From Acidobacteriota bacterium (GTDB taxonomy: Bacteria > Acidobacteriota > UBA890 > WLXD01): a stretch of 64,000 nucleotides of DNA. Numbering within the stretch: position 1 is the stretch's first letter; each line of letters begins with the position of its first letter. The position numbers were made by a program, and so were the translations under genes. Shown one piece after another: positions 28,264 through 38,567 of this stretch. The stretch spans positions 4,736,001-4,800,000 of the forward strand of contig CBDFKD010000002.1 in assembly GCA_965248695.1 (NCBI GenBank), given 5' to 3'. Under the pieces are notes generated by a model. It made no database searches, was not told the DNA's origin, and saw only the letters and a program-made list of their open reading frames with translations.

Positions 28264-28375
28264 ATGGCCTTCTCGCCGGACGGCGGCGTTGGATCTGTCG
28301 TATCCCAGCCGATAGGCTCTCAGGCGCTCGACGAGACGTCCGCCAAAGGCGGCCGGCGGCGAGGGGATCACGTAC

Positions 28376-28753
28376 GTGCGAGACACCGGTCAACCTGCAC
28401 GACAGCTCAGCATCAAGACCCTGGGCCGCCCGTTCGCACCGTGCGTCGACTGGGAAATCTTCGAGGGCGAGGTGCACGCGGCCGAGGTAGTGAGCGGCGA
28501 CACGAGTCAGCTCCGCGTCTACGACGTCGCCTTTCGACCGGGTGCGCGCACCGCCTGGCACTCGCATACGGTTGACCAGCTGTTGATCATCACCGCCGGT
28601 CACGGCATCGTCTCGACCGAGGAAGAGGAGCATGAAGTACGCGCCGGTGATCTCGTCGTCGTGCCGGCGGACATGCGGCACTGGCACGGTGCGATGAAGG
28701 ACACGGAAATGGCGCACCTGGCGGTGATGAACGAGGGAGAAGACGTGCTCTGA
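28376..28753 (+). CDS. Cupin domain protein
   Basis: 'FRPGARTAWHSH...Q' and 'GDLVVVPADMRHWHGA'. Confidence 0.85.
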   Translation: MRDTGQPARQLSIKTLGRPFAPCVDWEIFEGEVHAAEVVSGDTSQLRVYDVAFRPGARTAWHSHTVDQLLIITAGHGIVSTEEEEHEVRAGDLVVVPADMRHWHGAMKDTEMAHLAVMNEGEDVL

Positions 28754-29769
28754 TGCGCGCCGTCGCGTCGATACCGGCAGCCTGGTATCGGGAGCCCGGG
28801 CAGCTGGCGCGGGAAAACGAGCGCGTGTTTGCCCCGGCGTGGCAGTACATCGGATCGGCGGCGCCGGTCGAGGCGACAGGCACGTATCTCGCTGCGGATC
28901 TTGCCGGCCTGCCCATCGTGATCACGCGCGACGCCGAAGGCGTGTTGCGGGGGCTGGTCAACGTCTGCCGGCATCGCGGCTCGGTAATCATGGAGGGGTG
29001 CGGTCAGGTGAGCACCCTACAGTGCCGCTATCACGGCTGGAGCTATCGACTCGACGGGGCACTGCACGCCTCTCGGGGCGTGGAGATCGAGCCTGAAGAG
29101 GGGCAGCTGCCACACGTAGCCGTCGCAACCATCGGCTCGCTGCTCTTCGCATCCTCCGCCGGCACCGACGAAGCCCGTGCTGCCGCCCCGACGTTGCCCG
29201 AGCTGCTGGCGCCATTCACGGCTCTCGTCAGCGACGTCTCCGGGCTCGACATGGCCCGTCTCGAGCGTCGGCAAAGCGTTCACCACGAGGTCGCGGCCAA
29301 CTGGAAGCTCGTGGCGGAAAACTTCATGGACTGCTACCACTGCCCGCTCGTTCATCGGGATACTCTGCCCGAGTACGGCGGATCGGATTACGTCGTGGAG
29401 GAGCACGGGATCCTGGTCACCCATCGGCTCGACCGGGACCGCTTCTCCTGGGCCTCACTATTTCCCAACACACAGATCTCGGTGTTCGGGGATCACGGCG
29501 CCCTGGTGGCTCGCCAGCTGTCACCGGATGGTGCGGAGCGCACTCGGGTCACGCTCGACTACTGGTTCGATCGCGACACCGAGGACGTCGCGGCGCGGGC
29601 ATTCGTTGAATGGTTCGAGCGTGTCGTGGCGGAAGATCTGCCGCTTTGCGCCTCGGTGCAGCGCGGGATCGACTCCAATGCGCTCGAACGCGGTCTTCTT
29701 CACCCCGACCAAGAGCGCAGCGTGGTGCATTTTCAACGCCTGCTGATCGACGCTCTCGGAGAGGCGTGA
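28753..29769 (+). CDS. Rieske non-heme iron oxygenase alpha subunit (choline monooxygenase-like)
   Basis: Rieske 'NVCRHRG...CRYHGW'. Mononuclear-Fe 'NWKLVAENFMDCYHCPLVH' and 'ED'. Confidence 0.92.
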   Translation: MRAVASIPAAWYREPGQLARENERVFAPAWQYIGSAAPVEATGTYLAADLAGLPIVITRDAEGVLRGLVNVCRHRGSVIMEGCGQVSTLQCRYHGWSYRLDGALHASRGVEIEPEEGQLPHVAVATIGSLLFASSAGTDEARAAAPTLPELLAPFTALVSDVSGLDMARLERRQSVHHEVAANWKLVAENFMDCYHCPLVHRDTLPEYGGSDYVVEEHGILVTHRLDRDRFSWASLFPNTQISVFGDHGALVARQLSPDGAERTRVTLDYWFDRDTEDVAARAFVEWFERVVAEDLPLCASVQRGIDSNALERGLLHPDQERSVVHFQRLLIDALGEA

Positions 29770-30188
29770 CGGTGTCGACCAACTTCCGGCGCATCGACGA
29801 ACAGCCCGTGCGCACTCAGCATGACCCATCCGATCAGCACTGGGCGGAGGCCTCTGGCGGCAAGCTAGGCGACGAGGGTCGCTATGTCGAGCTCGTCTCC
29901 CGATCGCTCAACGGCGGCTCGACGCTGGTCGGGGTCGATTGGCTCGAGCCGGGACAAACCCACCTGCTGCACTCTCACGCCGAGGCCGACGAGTGGTACT
30001 ACGTCGTTCGTGGAGAGGTGGTGGTTCGCGTCGACGACGAGGAACAGCTTTGCGGACCCGGGACCGGCATCTTCATTCCCGCCGGCGCTCGCCACCGCGT
30101 TCACAACGGCGGGACGGAGACGTGTGAGTTCCTCTGGGGGTTCAACTGCGGGGAGCTCAAGGACCTGACATACGTCTGGCACGAGTAG
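29766..30188 (+). CDS. Cupin domain protein
   Basis: 'HSHAEADEWYYV' and 'IFIPAGARH'. GTGA overlap with the Rieske gene. Confidence 0.85.
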   Translation: MTVSTNFRRIDEQPVRTQHDPSDQHWAEASGGKLGDEGRYVELVSRSLNGGSTLVGVDWLEPGQTHLLHSHAEADEWYYVVRGEVVVRVDDEEQLCGPGTGIFIPAGARHRVHNGGTETCEFLWGFNCGELKDLTYVWHE

Positions 30189-30337
30189 TTCACGACCAGA
30201 TTGCCTTGCTCCAAGACGGACGCGATCTCGGCCGAGCCGGGACTTTGGGGACCAGTTTCGACGCGGCACCACCCTTGATCGCTGGCTCCGGTCGCCCCTA
30301 CGCTATGCGTCCTCTTCGAACTCGTCCCGAGGTGAAC

Positions 30338-31798
30338 ATGCTCAGTTCCAACTCCGTGATGAAGAAGGCATCTGTCTGCATAGTGTTGGCGCTCTCACTG
30401 ACCGTGGCGCCTCTGAGCGCTCAGAGCCCGAGTCCCGCCGATGACCCCGATGTCCAGGGAGCGATCAGGCTCTTCTCCGCCTGGATGAACGGTCAGGTCG
30501 CCTGGCGGGGGCTTCCCGGCGTGGCTGTGGGTGTGGTCGCTGACCAGGAGTTGGTTTGGAGCCACGGGTTCGGATTGGCAGACATTGCCGCAGAACGACC
30601 CATGACGCGCGACACGAAGTTCCGCATGGCGTCGCATAGCAAGCTCTTCACGGCCACTGCGATCATGCAGCTGCGCGAGCAGGGCAAGATCCGACTCGAC
30701 AATCCGGTATCCGAATATCTGCCCTGGTTCGAGTTCAAATCGGCGGCGACAGATGATCCGCCGATTACCATCGAACATCTGCTGACGCACAGCTCGGGGC
30801 TGCAGCGCGAAGCGGGCGACCACTGGACGACGCGCGATTTTCCCACCCGCGAGGAGCTCAAGAGCCTGATTCCCGAGCGCCAGGCGGCCTTTTCTCCCGA
30901 GGTGCGCTGGAAGTACTCCAACCTGGCGTACTCGATTGCCGGAATGGTGGTGGAAGCGGTGAGCGGCCAGTCGTGGGCCGACTATCTGCAGACCAACATT
31001 TTCGATCCGCTCGGAATGTCCTCGTCGAGCGTCGACCGGGCGGTCGACGGCATGGCAATCGGCTATACGAGCCGGTTGCGCGACGGATCGAGAGAAACGA
31101 TCGACTTTGTCGACGCTCGCGGCATGGCGTCGGCAACGGGACTCACCTCGACGGTGACCGACATGGCGAAGTTCGTCTCGGCGCAGTTCCGTAAGGGCCA
31201 GCGGGGCGGCAATCGGATCTTGAGCACCGCGTCGCTGCGGGAGATGCATCGCGTCCGCATGCTGGAGAACACCTGGACCAACGGGCAGGGCATCGGGTTC
31301 TCCGTCCGCAGGGTGGACGACAAGCTCTATGTCGGTCACGGCGGCGGTTATCCCGGGTACACGACAAACACCACGATTCAGCTCGACTCGAAGGTCGCGG
31401 TGATCGTGCTGACGAATACGAACGACTCGAACCCGAGCCAGATCGCGGTGCAGCTCATGAGCACGGTGGGCGCCGCGGTTGCTCAGGCCACCAAGGTAGA
31501 GCCCGACGTCGTTGCCTGGGACCCGTCCTGGGAACGGTTTGCGGGCCTGTACCGCAGGCCCGGAAGGGGTAGTGAGTCGCAGGTCGTGCTGTTGAACGAG
31601 CGCCTCGTGATCATGAGCCCGAGCGCGCGTAGCGTCGGCAACCCGACCCGACTCGAACCGATCGGCAACGGCGTCTTCCGATACACCGCGCCTACAGGCG
31701 GCAGCGTTGTAGGCGAGGAGGTCCGCTTCCTGGAGGAGAACGGTGAAGTGGTGCGTATGTTCGTGGGCGACTCGTTCATGGACCGTGTCAGGGAGTAG
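30338..31798 (+). CDS. Serine hydrolase (beta-lactamase/PBP-like family), secreted
   Basis: SxxK 'MASHSK', 'LLTHSSG', YxN 'YSN', 'HGG'. Signal peptide; start may be 30359. Confidence 0.92.
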   Translation: MLSSNSVMKKASVCIVLALSLTVAPLSAQSPSPADDPDVQGAIRLFSAWMNGQVAWRGLPGVAVGVVADQELVWSHGFGLADIAAERPMTRDTKFRMASHSKLFTATAIMQLREQGKIRLDNPVSEYLPWFEFKSAATDDPPITIEHLLTHSSGLQREAGDHWTTRDFPTREELKSLIPERQAAFSPEVRWKYSNLAYSIAGMVVEAVSGQSWADYLQTNIFDPLGMSSSSVDRAVDGMAIGYTSRLRDGSRETIDFVDARGMASATGLTSTVTDMAKFVSAQFRKGQRGGNRILSTASLREMHRVRMLENTWTNGQGIGFSVRRVDDKLYVGHGGGYPGYTTNTTIQLDSKVAVIVLTNTNDSNPSQIAVQLMSTVGAAVAQATKVEPDVVAWDPSWERFAGLYRRPGRGSESQVVLLNERLVIMSPSARSVGNPTRLEPIGNGVFRYTAPTGGSVVGEEVRFLEENGEVVRMFVGDSFMDRVRE

Positions 31799-31823
31799 TG
31801 GCGAAGTAGAGGGGAGTCCGACG

Positions 31824-32579
31824 ATGTCGGGAGTTGAAGGACGCGTGACCCTGGTTACCGGCGCGGGCCGCGGCATTGGCAAGGCGACCACGGAACTTCT
31901 GAGCGCGCGTGGCGCGCGCGTGATGGCGGTGTCGCGCTCGGAGGCGGAATTAGCGTCCTTGGGTGTCGAGTACGCTGTCGCGGACCTGGGTACGGCGGAT
32001 GGTTGCGCACTTGCGGTCGAGGAGACCGTGAGAAGGCTGGGGCCGGTCGAAGTGTTCGTTTGCAACCACGGCATCGGTTCAGCCGACGAACGGGTGATCT
32101 GGGAACAGGACCCTGATGCCTGGTCCGGAACCATGCGGATCAATCTGGACGGGCCGTTCCATCTGTCCAGGTTGCTGCTGCGGAGCATGGTGGAACGCGG
32201 CTACGGGCGCGCCGTGTACACGAGCTCGACGGCAGCTCGGGTAGCCGAGCCGGCGGCCGCCGCCTACAACTCCTCCAAGCACGGCCTGCTGGGGCTGATG
32301 CGGTCTGTAGCGCAGGACGGCGGCGCCTATGGCATCACCTCCAACGCCGTGCTGCCCGGCTGGGTGCGAACCGAGATGGCCGAGCGCTCCGCGCGCACTG
32401 CCGCGCGCGACCGTGGTGTTTCACCGCAACAGATCTGGGACGAACGGGATTCGCTGTATCTGCGCGGCCGTGTGGTGATGCCCGGGGAGGTTGCCGAATT
32501 GATCGCCTTCCTGGCTTCCGAGGAATCCAGTGGGGTCAGCGGCCAGGCGATCACCGTCGCGCTCGGGAGCGAGTCCTAG
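31824..32579 (+). CDS. SDR family NAD(P)-dependent oxidoreductase
   Basis: 'VTGAGRGIG', YxxxK 'YNSSK', 'PGWVRT'. Confidence 0.92.
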   Translation: MSGVEGRVTLVTGAGRGIGKATTELLSARGARVMAVSRSEAELASLGVEYAVADLGTADGCALAVEETVRRLGPVEVFVCNHGIGSADERVIWEQDPDAWSGTMRINLDGPFHLSRLLLRSMVERGYGRAVYTSSTAARVAEPAAAAYNSSKHGLLGLMRSVAQDGGAYGITSNAVLPGWVRTEMAERSARTAARDRGVSPQQIWDERDSLYLRGRVVMPGEVAELIAFLASEESSGVSGQAITVALGSES

Positions 32580-32601
32580 CGAATGGCGGCTAGTCGCCTG
32601 G

Positions 32602-33579
32602 TCAGCATTCGATCGCTGTTCCGAGTCCCTTCTCACGAGCGGCTTTCAGCGTCGCGCTGGCGATGGCGGCGTCCTGGACGCCGACGCCGGTCAGATCGGC
32701 AACCGTGATCTGATCCTCGGTCTCGCGGCCGGCGGTGCGGCCCAGCACGACATCTCCCAGCTCGACGCAGGCATCGGCTTGTAGCCGGCCCGCATCGACG
32801 GCGTGGTGGATCTCACCAAGCTCGATACACTGGGACAACCGATCCGCGACCACGAGATCGGCGAGGCCTAGCACCGCCGGGTCAAGTTCCTGCTTGTCCG
32901 GGCCGTCGGACCCGACGGCGGTGATGTGCGTTCCGGGCCCGATCCATTCGGCGAGCACGAGGGGCTCGCGGGCAGGGGTTACGGTGAGCACCAGATTCGC
33001 TCCCTGGACCGCCTCCTCGATGCTGCCGACAGCGTCCGCCGCGAGCCCGAGCTCACCGGTCATATCGGCGGCGCATTGCTGCGCCCGGTCCGGATTTCGG
33101 CTCCAGATCGAGGCGGCGGGGACGGTGCGCACCTCGGCCAAGGCGCGTAGCTGCATGCGGGCCTGCTCACCAGCACCGATCACGGCTACACGGCGAAGCT
33201 GTTGCGGCGCCAGATAGCGCGCCACCACGGCCCCAGCCGCTCCAGTCCGTAGGTCGCTGAGGTAGCCGTTGTCGAACAGCAGGGCAGCCGGCTGGCCGTG
33301 GTTGGCGTCGAAAGCGAGCACCAGCCCGCTGGCCATCGGCAATCCCTTCTGTGGGTTCTGGTAAAAGCCGGACACGAGCTTGAACACGAAGTGATCGCTG
33401 CCGTGCATGTGCGCTCCCTTCACGTGCACCTCGGCGTCGAGTTCAGGGATGTCGAGGCCGATCGGGGGCGGCAGCGTGACCCGGTCCTGGGCCAGCGCCT
33501 CGAATGCCTTCTCGACCGCATCGACTGCGACTGCCATGTCGACGCTGTGGCGAACTTCCTGTTCCGTTAGCAGGAGCAT
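32602..33579 (-). CDS. Ornithine cyclodeaminase / mu-crystallin family protein
   Basis: 'LRTGAAGAV', 'IGAGEQAR', 'HITAVGSD', 'DLTGVGVQD'. Confidence 0.92.
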   Translation of the reverse strand: MLLLTEQEVRHSVDMAVAVDAVEKAFEALAQDRVTLPPPIGLDIPELDAEVHVKGAHMHGSDHFVFKLVSGFYQNPQKGLPMASGLVLAFDANHGQPAALLFDNGYLSDLRTGAAGAVVARYLAPQQLRRVAVIGAGEQARMQLRALAEVRTVPAASIWSRNPDRAQQCAADMTGELGLAADAVGSIEEAVQGANLVLTVTPAREPLVLAEWIGPGTHITAVGSDGPDKQELDPAVLGLADLVVADRLSQCIELGEIHHAVDAGRLQADACVELGDVVLGRTAGRETEDQITVADLTGVGVQDAAIASATLKAAREKGLGTAIEC

Positions 33580-33661
33580 CGGCCTCTCCGTTGGGTTGAC
33601 AATGTCATCGACTCTACGGCGTGTGTTAGCAGCAAGAGAACGCGTTCTGAGATGTTCTTGC

Positions 33662-35122
33662 TCATCGCGGAGGCTCACCCTCCAGACGGTTTCGTCGCAA
33701 CTTGCCGTTGGCATACAGACCTACCCCGACGATGATCAGCAACGCCAGCATGCCGAAGACGGTGATATAGAAGAACGTCGGGTCGGCGACGCTCTCGCTC
33801 GGGATGAGGGCAAACACCAGCGACGCCGCGGTGACCACGAAGCCCGTCCCGCCGGCAAAATAGGCGCCATAGGGGGCGAACGGCGCCCGCTGCACGCCCT
33901 CCGGCGCCGGATGCCGCTGCATGACGAGAAGCGCCGCGAACATGTACAGGTAGGGGATGAAGTAGGTGACGATCTCGAGGCTGATGAAGATGCGATAGAT
34001 CTGCTGTGCCGTGCCTCCCATGGTACCGAGGACGATCAACACGGCCGTGGCGATCCCGAGCGTGATCACCGAGACGTGCGGGGTAGCGTACTTCGGGTGC
34101 AGGGTTCCGAAGGCGGCCGGGAGGTAGCCGTCGAGCCCGGCAGCGAACGGTACTCTCGCGCAGGTCGCCATCCAGGCGCTCACCGTTCCGAACGCCGCGA
34201 GGCCGAGGCACAGTGCAACGAGCGAGCCCAACACTCCGCCCATGGTAGCGCCGAACAGCCTGGTTCCGGCGATCCTCGCGGTGTCAGTCAGTCCGGTGAG
34301 CCCCGTCACCTGATCCGCCGGGAGCACCGTCAGTATCGTCCAGGAGATCAGGATGAACATGCCGAGGATCATCACACCGGCGATACCCAGCGCTCGTGGG
34401 ACGTTGCGCCTGGGGTCCTGCACCTCCTCGCTCAACACCGAGGGTGCTTCGAGACCGGAGAACGCGTAGGCGACCGCGGCTAGCAAGACGAGATCGGAGA
34501 GTCCGCCAAACGTCGGAGTGACGGTGCGCATCGAGAATTCGGTCGCCGAGCCGTAATTGACCCAGGTGAGAAAGCCCAACCCCACGACCATCAGCCCGGG
34601 CATACCTATGTTCAAATAGCCGCTGGCATTGTGGAGACGCTTGGCGATATCGAGCCCGCGAACATTGACCACGACGACGATGGCGAGCCCTACCAGCGAG
34701 GCCGCCAGCAAGTACCCTGGCTGATCGGCGAGATACGACCAACGCGGGATGATGAACGCGGCGTTCGTAGCCGAGAACATCAGCGCGGCGGGGAAGTAGA
34801 CGAGGATGGTGGCCCAGTAGAACCACGCCGTGATGAAGCCGTGGAAATCGCCGAAGGCACGCTGCACCCAGATGTAAATGCCGCCCTCGTCCGGATGTCG
34901 GGCAGTCAGCTCCAGCGACGTGAACGCCTGCGGGACGTAGAAGAGGAAGAAGCCCAGCACCCAGAGCCCCAGCACGCTCGGACCGTTCTCGGTCGACAGA
35001 GCCACGACGCGCATCGAGGCGGTGCAGGCGATATAGAAAAGCACCAGGTCGCGGGGCCCCACGACTTTCTTGAGCTTGCTTTTTTCGGCGTGCGCCGTCG
35101 CCGTGATCGCGCGCTCGGTCAC
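33662..35122 (-). CDS. APC family amino acid/polyamine permease
   Basis: About 12 hydrophobic segments, 'EGGIYIWV', 'AFSGLE', 'LHPKYATP'. Confidence 0.9.
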   Translation of the reverse strand: MTERAITATAHAEKSKLKKVVGPRDLVLFYIACTASMRVVALSTENGPSVLGLWVLGFFLFYVPQAFTSLELTARHPDEGGIYIWVQRAFGDFHGFITAWFYWATILVYFPAALMFSATNAAFIIPRWSYLADQPGYLLAASLVGLAIVVVVNVRGLDIAKRLHNASGYLNIGMPGLMVVGLGFLTWVNYGSATEFSMRTVTPTFGGLSDLVLLAAVAYAFSGLEAPSVLSEEVQDPRRNVPRALGIAGVMILGMFILISWTILTVLPADQVTGLTGLTDTARIAGTRLFGATMGGVLGSLVALCLGLAAFGTVSAWMATCARVPFAAGLDGYLPAAFGTLHPKYATPHVSVITLGIATAVLIVLGTMGGTAQQIYRIFISLEIVTYFIPYLYMFAALLVMQRHPAPEGVQRAPFAPYGAYFAGGTGFVVTAASLVFALIPSESVADPTFFYITVFGMLALLIIVGVGLYANGKLRRNRLEGEPPR

Positions 35123-38100
35123 TGGGAAGGCGCGCGCTCCAGGCCCACGGGCTCGAGAGTCGAGCCGTCGTAGCTTCGACCGTTCTTCATCACCATGCGG
35201 ATCGTCGCCGAGTTGCGAATGTTGTCGAGGGGGTTGTCATCCAAAACCAGCAGGTCGGCGAGCTTGCCCGGGGTGATCGAGCCGAGATCGCCGTCCAGCC
35301 CGATCGCCTCGGCGCCGAAGATCGTGGCGACCCTGAGCGCGTCATGCTCGGACAGGCCGCCGGACTGGAGCGCCCACAGCTCCCAGTGGTAGCCGAGCCC
35401 CTGCAGCTGACCGTGGCTGCCGACGCCGGCCCGACCGCCGGCCTCCACGATGTCTCTCACCACCGCGGCATGGCGCTGGAAGATGTGCTCGTCGTCACGG
35501 AACCAGCCGCCCGGCCCGGGTCCGGAGCCCTGTCCTCGACGGCGGGTCTTGCGGTCAATGTCCACGTGCGGTGTGAAGCGGTTGAGCTTGGCGTCGTCGT
35601 GGGGGTTTTCGCGCGTGTAGAACCAGTTCTCGGCCCAGGGTCCGCCGTAGGCTACCAGGAGGGTCGGCGTGTAGGTCATGCCGGCCTGCGCCGTGAGCTG
35701 AACTACGTCCTCGTACAGCGGCGATATCGGGAACGAGTGCTCCTGGCCGGGGTAGCCGTCGATCAGCATCTCGAGGTTGTACTTCATCTCCAGGCCACCC
35801 TCGGTGGTCGGCATGAGCCCGAGCTCGCGCGCCGCCATGATGATCCACTGGCGCTGCTGGCGGTTCCCCGACACGTACATCTTGATGGTCTTGGTGTCGT
35901 AGTAGTCGCTGTAGCGCCTGAGGATGTTGCGTGCGTGATCGGCGTCCTTGATGTTCTCGCCGCTGAAAACGCCCGGTCCGGTGGAGTAGATGCGGGGGCC
36001 CTGCATCAGCCCTGCGCGAACCTTGTCGGCGTAGGTGAGCACATCGGTCGAACCGGTCTGCGGGTCGCGCGTCGTCGTGACGCCGTAGGCGAGGTTGGCG
36101 CGATAGGCCCAGGACTCCTGCTTGTGGACGTTGAAGGCGGGTCGCAAGTGGCCGTGGGTGTCGACGAAGCCGGGCACGATGGTGCGACCCGTGGTGTCGA
36201 TGGTGTGGGCACCGGCAGGCTCGTCGATCTGTCCGCGCTGGCCGACCGCGACGATGCGGTTGTCGCGGACGACGATCACGCCGTCGTCGATGACCTCGTT
36301 GCCGTTCATCGTGATGATGCGCCCGCCACGCAGGACGATGGTGCCGCGGGGCATATCACGCTGGGCCTGGATGACCACCCGGACCTCGTCGGGCCGGTAG
36401 GCAGGCTCGTCGTCCCCAGCTGCGCCATCCTCATCGGCCGCATCCTCATCGGCGCCGTCCTCGTCCGACCCCGTCGTGGCTTCCTCGGCCTCCTCCTGCC
36501 GACGCTGCTCCTCGTCCGCGGCTTCTTCGGCGACCTGCGCTGCCTCGAGGTCGTAGACGAAGTGGGCGTTGCCCATGGAGAAATGGACCCTGGCGCCGTC
36601 GCCGCTCCAGGACTGGAACTGGCCGCCGATCTCGGTGAGCTTGCGCGTCGGAGTTGACGCGTCGTCGGGATCGTCGACGCTGATCGTCGGCGTCTCGCCG
36701 CCGACGTAGGGAATGGTCACCGTGTAGAGGTCGTTGTTGACCTGTGCCAGCGCCCGGTCGCCCATCGGCGCCCTGAGGATGAGCGAGGCGCGCTGCGGCT
36801 CCCGCGCCCCCGGCAGCGTGTGCCCGGTTACCTTCACGTGGCTTTTCTGATCGGTTCCGTCCCATCGGATCGACACCAACCCGTCGTCGACGCTGCTGAG
36901 CCAGATGCGCTTCGGATCCTCTGCGAAGTGGGGACGCGAGCGTCCCTGGGTCGGTGCGACGAGGGTCCAGTCACCGCCGTCCGCCGGGATCCAGACAATG
37001 TCGTCGGCGGCGCCGAAGCCGCCCTGGGTAAGCACCTCGCGGTACGCCCTGGCGGAGCCTCGAATGGCCACGATCCGATCGCCGACCGGTGACCAGGCCG
37101 GATGCTGGTAAATGCCCTCCATCGTTGTGAGTCGCTCGGGACCACCGTCTCCGGAGGAACGCACCTTGTAGACATGTCCGCCGGTCTCCTCGTCCCAGGT
37201 GACGAACACGATCCAGTCGCCGTCGGGTGACCAGGCCGGCTGGGCTTGGATGACCTGCAGGTCCGTCAGTCGCCGTGGGTCGCCGTCGGGCCACTCCATG
37301 ACGTAGAGCTGGTCGAGCGACGTGAAGGCGAGCTTGTTGCCGTCCGGCGACGGGACGGTGTCGCGAATCTGCCGAACGGTGAACTCAGGGGTGTCCTCCA
37401 CCGGATAGTCGAAGTCGACCTTGGGTCCGATCTCCAGATCCACCGCGACCCTGAAAGGGATGTCGACCGGGTCGCCGCCGGAGATCGGGGCGCGCCGGAT
37501 GCGGCCGTCGTAGGAGAGCAGCAGCTCGCTGCTGTCGGGTGTGAAGGTCATGCCGGGATAGACGTCGCGGGTCGCAGGCGACTCCTGATCGTCACGCTGT
37601 ACCGGGTACAGGAACATCTCCTCGTCGCCTGTCCTGAGATCGCGCCGCACGATGCCGGTCTCCGCATCGTGACGGGTGGCATAGACCAGCCAGCGGCCAT
37701 CCGGCGACAGCGTGGGCCGAAAGGCCGAGCCGCCGCGTGAAGTCCGGGTGTATGTCTTCCCGGTGTCACGGTCGTAGTAGGCGATCTGGTACAGCGGGAA
37801 AATCGAGTTGTAGGTCCAGCTCCTCGTGCGGAAGGCGTACCAGACGCGGCGCTCGTCGGCACCGAAGGCGGCGCCGAACGTCTGCAGGTCGCGCGGCTCC
37901 TTGATCAGTGGAATTCCGGCTCCGCCGTCGACGTGAAACAGAACCAGCTTGGGGTTGCCGAGCGAGCCGCCACCCTTGGAAGCAACGACGTAGTCCGGAT
38001 CGGGCGTCCACTCGGGCGAGGCGTAGCTGTTGTTGTTTCCCTTCGTCAGTTGCCGAGTCTCGGGCTCGCCCGTCTCCTCGTCCCGATCCTCCAGGTCGAG

Positions 38101-38487
38101 GATCCACAGGTTCTCGCCGCCGCTGTAGTCGGAGACATAGACGATCTCGGTGCCGTCCGGTGAGAAGCGCGGCTGGCTGTCGAGCTCCATGCCCGAGGTG
38201 ATGGGCTGGGCGTCACCGCCGGCGAACGGCAGCAGGTACAGGTCGCCGAGGAAGTCGAACACGATCGTCGAGCCGTCGGGGCTCAGATCGAGCGAAAGCC
38301 AGGAGCCGTGGTCAGCGTCGATGGAGACCTTCCGCGCTGCCTCGAGCGGCAGGTTCTCGTTGTCGGGCTTGTGGGCGTCGGGTGCTGTGGCCTCGTCTTG
38401 GCCAGAAAAAGCCACGGACGCGGCCGGCGCCGGCAGCAGCGCGAGCAGTTGAACTGTCAGAAGGATCGGAAGACGGCGAGGAAGCAT
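35119..38487 (-). CDS. Secreted PD40/TolB-repeat amidohydrolase
   Basis: PD40 repeats (SPDG), 'PGFVDTHGH', 'GSHGQLQG', 'GSITPGKLADL'. Confidence 0.9.
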   Translation of the reverse strand: MLPRRLPILLTVQLLALLPAPAASVAFSGQDEATAPDAHKPDNENLPLEAARKVSIDADHGSWLSLDLSPDGSTIVFDFLGDLYLLPFAGGDAQPITSGMELDSQPRFSPDGTEIVYVSDYSGGENLWILDLEDRDEETGEPETRQLTKGNNNSYASPEWTPDPDYVVASKGGGSLGNPKLVLFHVDGGAGIPLIKEPRDLQTFGAAFGADERRVWYAFRTRSWTYNSIFPLYQIAYYDRDTGKTYTRTSRGGSAFRPTLSPDGRWLVYATRHDAETGIVRRDLRTGDEEMFLYPVQRDDQESPATRDVYPGMTFTPDSSELLLSYDGRIRRAPISGGDPVDIPFRVAVDLEIGPKVDFDYPVEDTPEFTVRQIRDTVPSPDGNKLAFTSLDQLYVMEWPDGDPRRLTDLQVIQAQPAWSPDGDWIVFVTWDEETGGHVYKVRSSGDGGPERLTTMEGIYQHPAWSPVGDRIVAIRGSARAYREVLTQGGFGAADDIVWIPADGGDWTLVAPTQGRSRPHFAEDPKRIWLSSVDDGLVSIRWDGTDQKSHVKVTGHTLPGAREPQRASLILRAPMGDRALAQVNNDLYTVTIPYVGGETPTISVDDPDDASTPTRKLTEIGGQFQSWSGDGARVHFSMGNAHFVYDLEAAQVAEEAADEEQRRQEEAEEATTGSDEDGADEDAADEDGAAGDDEPAYRPDEVRVVIQAQRDMPRGTIVLRGGRIITMNGNEVIDDGVIVVRDNRIVAVGQRGQIDEPAGAHTIDTTGRTIVPGFVDTHGHLRPAFNVHKQESWAYRANLAYGVTTTRDPQTGSTDVLTYADKVRAGLMQGPRIYSTGPGVFSGENIKDADHARNILRRYSDYYDTKTIKMYVSGNRQQRQWIIMAARELGLMPTTEGGLEMKYNLEMLIDGYPGQEHSFPISPLYEDVVQLTAQAGMTYTPTLLVAYGGPWAENWFYTRENPHDDAKLNRFTPHVDIDRKTRRRGQGSGPGPGGWFRDDEHIFQRHAAVVRDIVEAGGRAGVGSHGQLQGLGYHWELWALQSGGLSEHDALRVATIFGAEAIGLDGDLGSITPGKLADLLVLDDNPLDNIRNSATIRMVMKNGRSYDGSTLEPVGLERAPSQ
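36422..36466 (-). repeat. Imperfect 15-bp tandem repeat (3 units, DEDGA/DEDAA) in the acidic linker of the amidohydrolase
   Basis: + strand: gcgccatcctcatcg / gccgcatcctcatcg / gcgccgtcctcgtcc. Confidence 0.75.
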
Positions 38488-38567
38488 GGATCGCTCTCTG
38501 TGGATTTCGACGGGTTGACTATTGTCACCGGGCCTGTGGCGCTCCAGCGTGCCGCCAGCCTACACCG

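Noticed and set aside
30338-31798. Beta-lactam resistance gene
   Set aside because: SxxK/YxN serine hydrolases with a C-terminal extension are common peptidases or esterases. Nothing here specifically indicates beta-lactamase activity.
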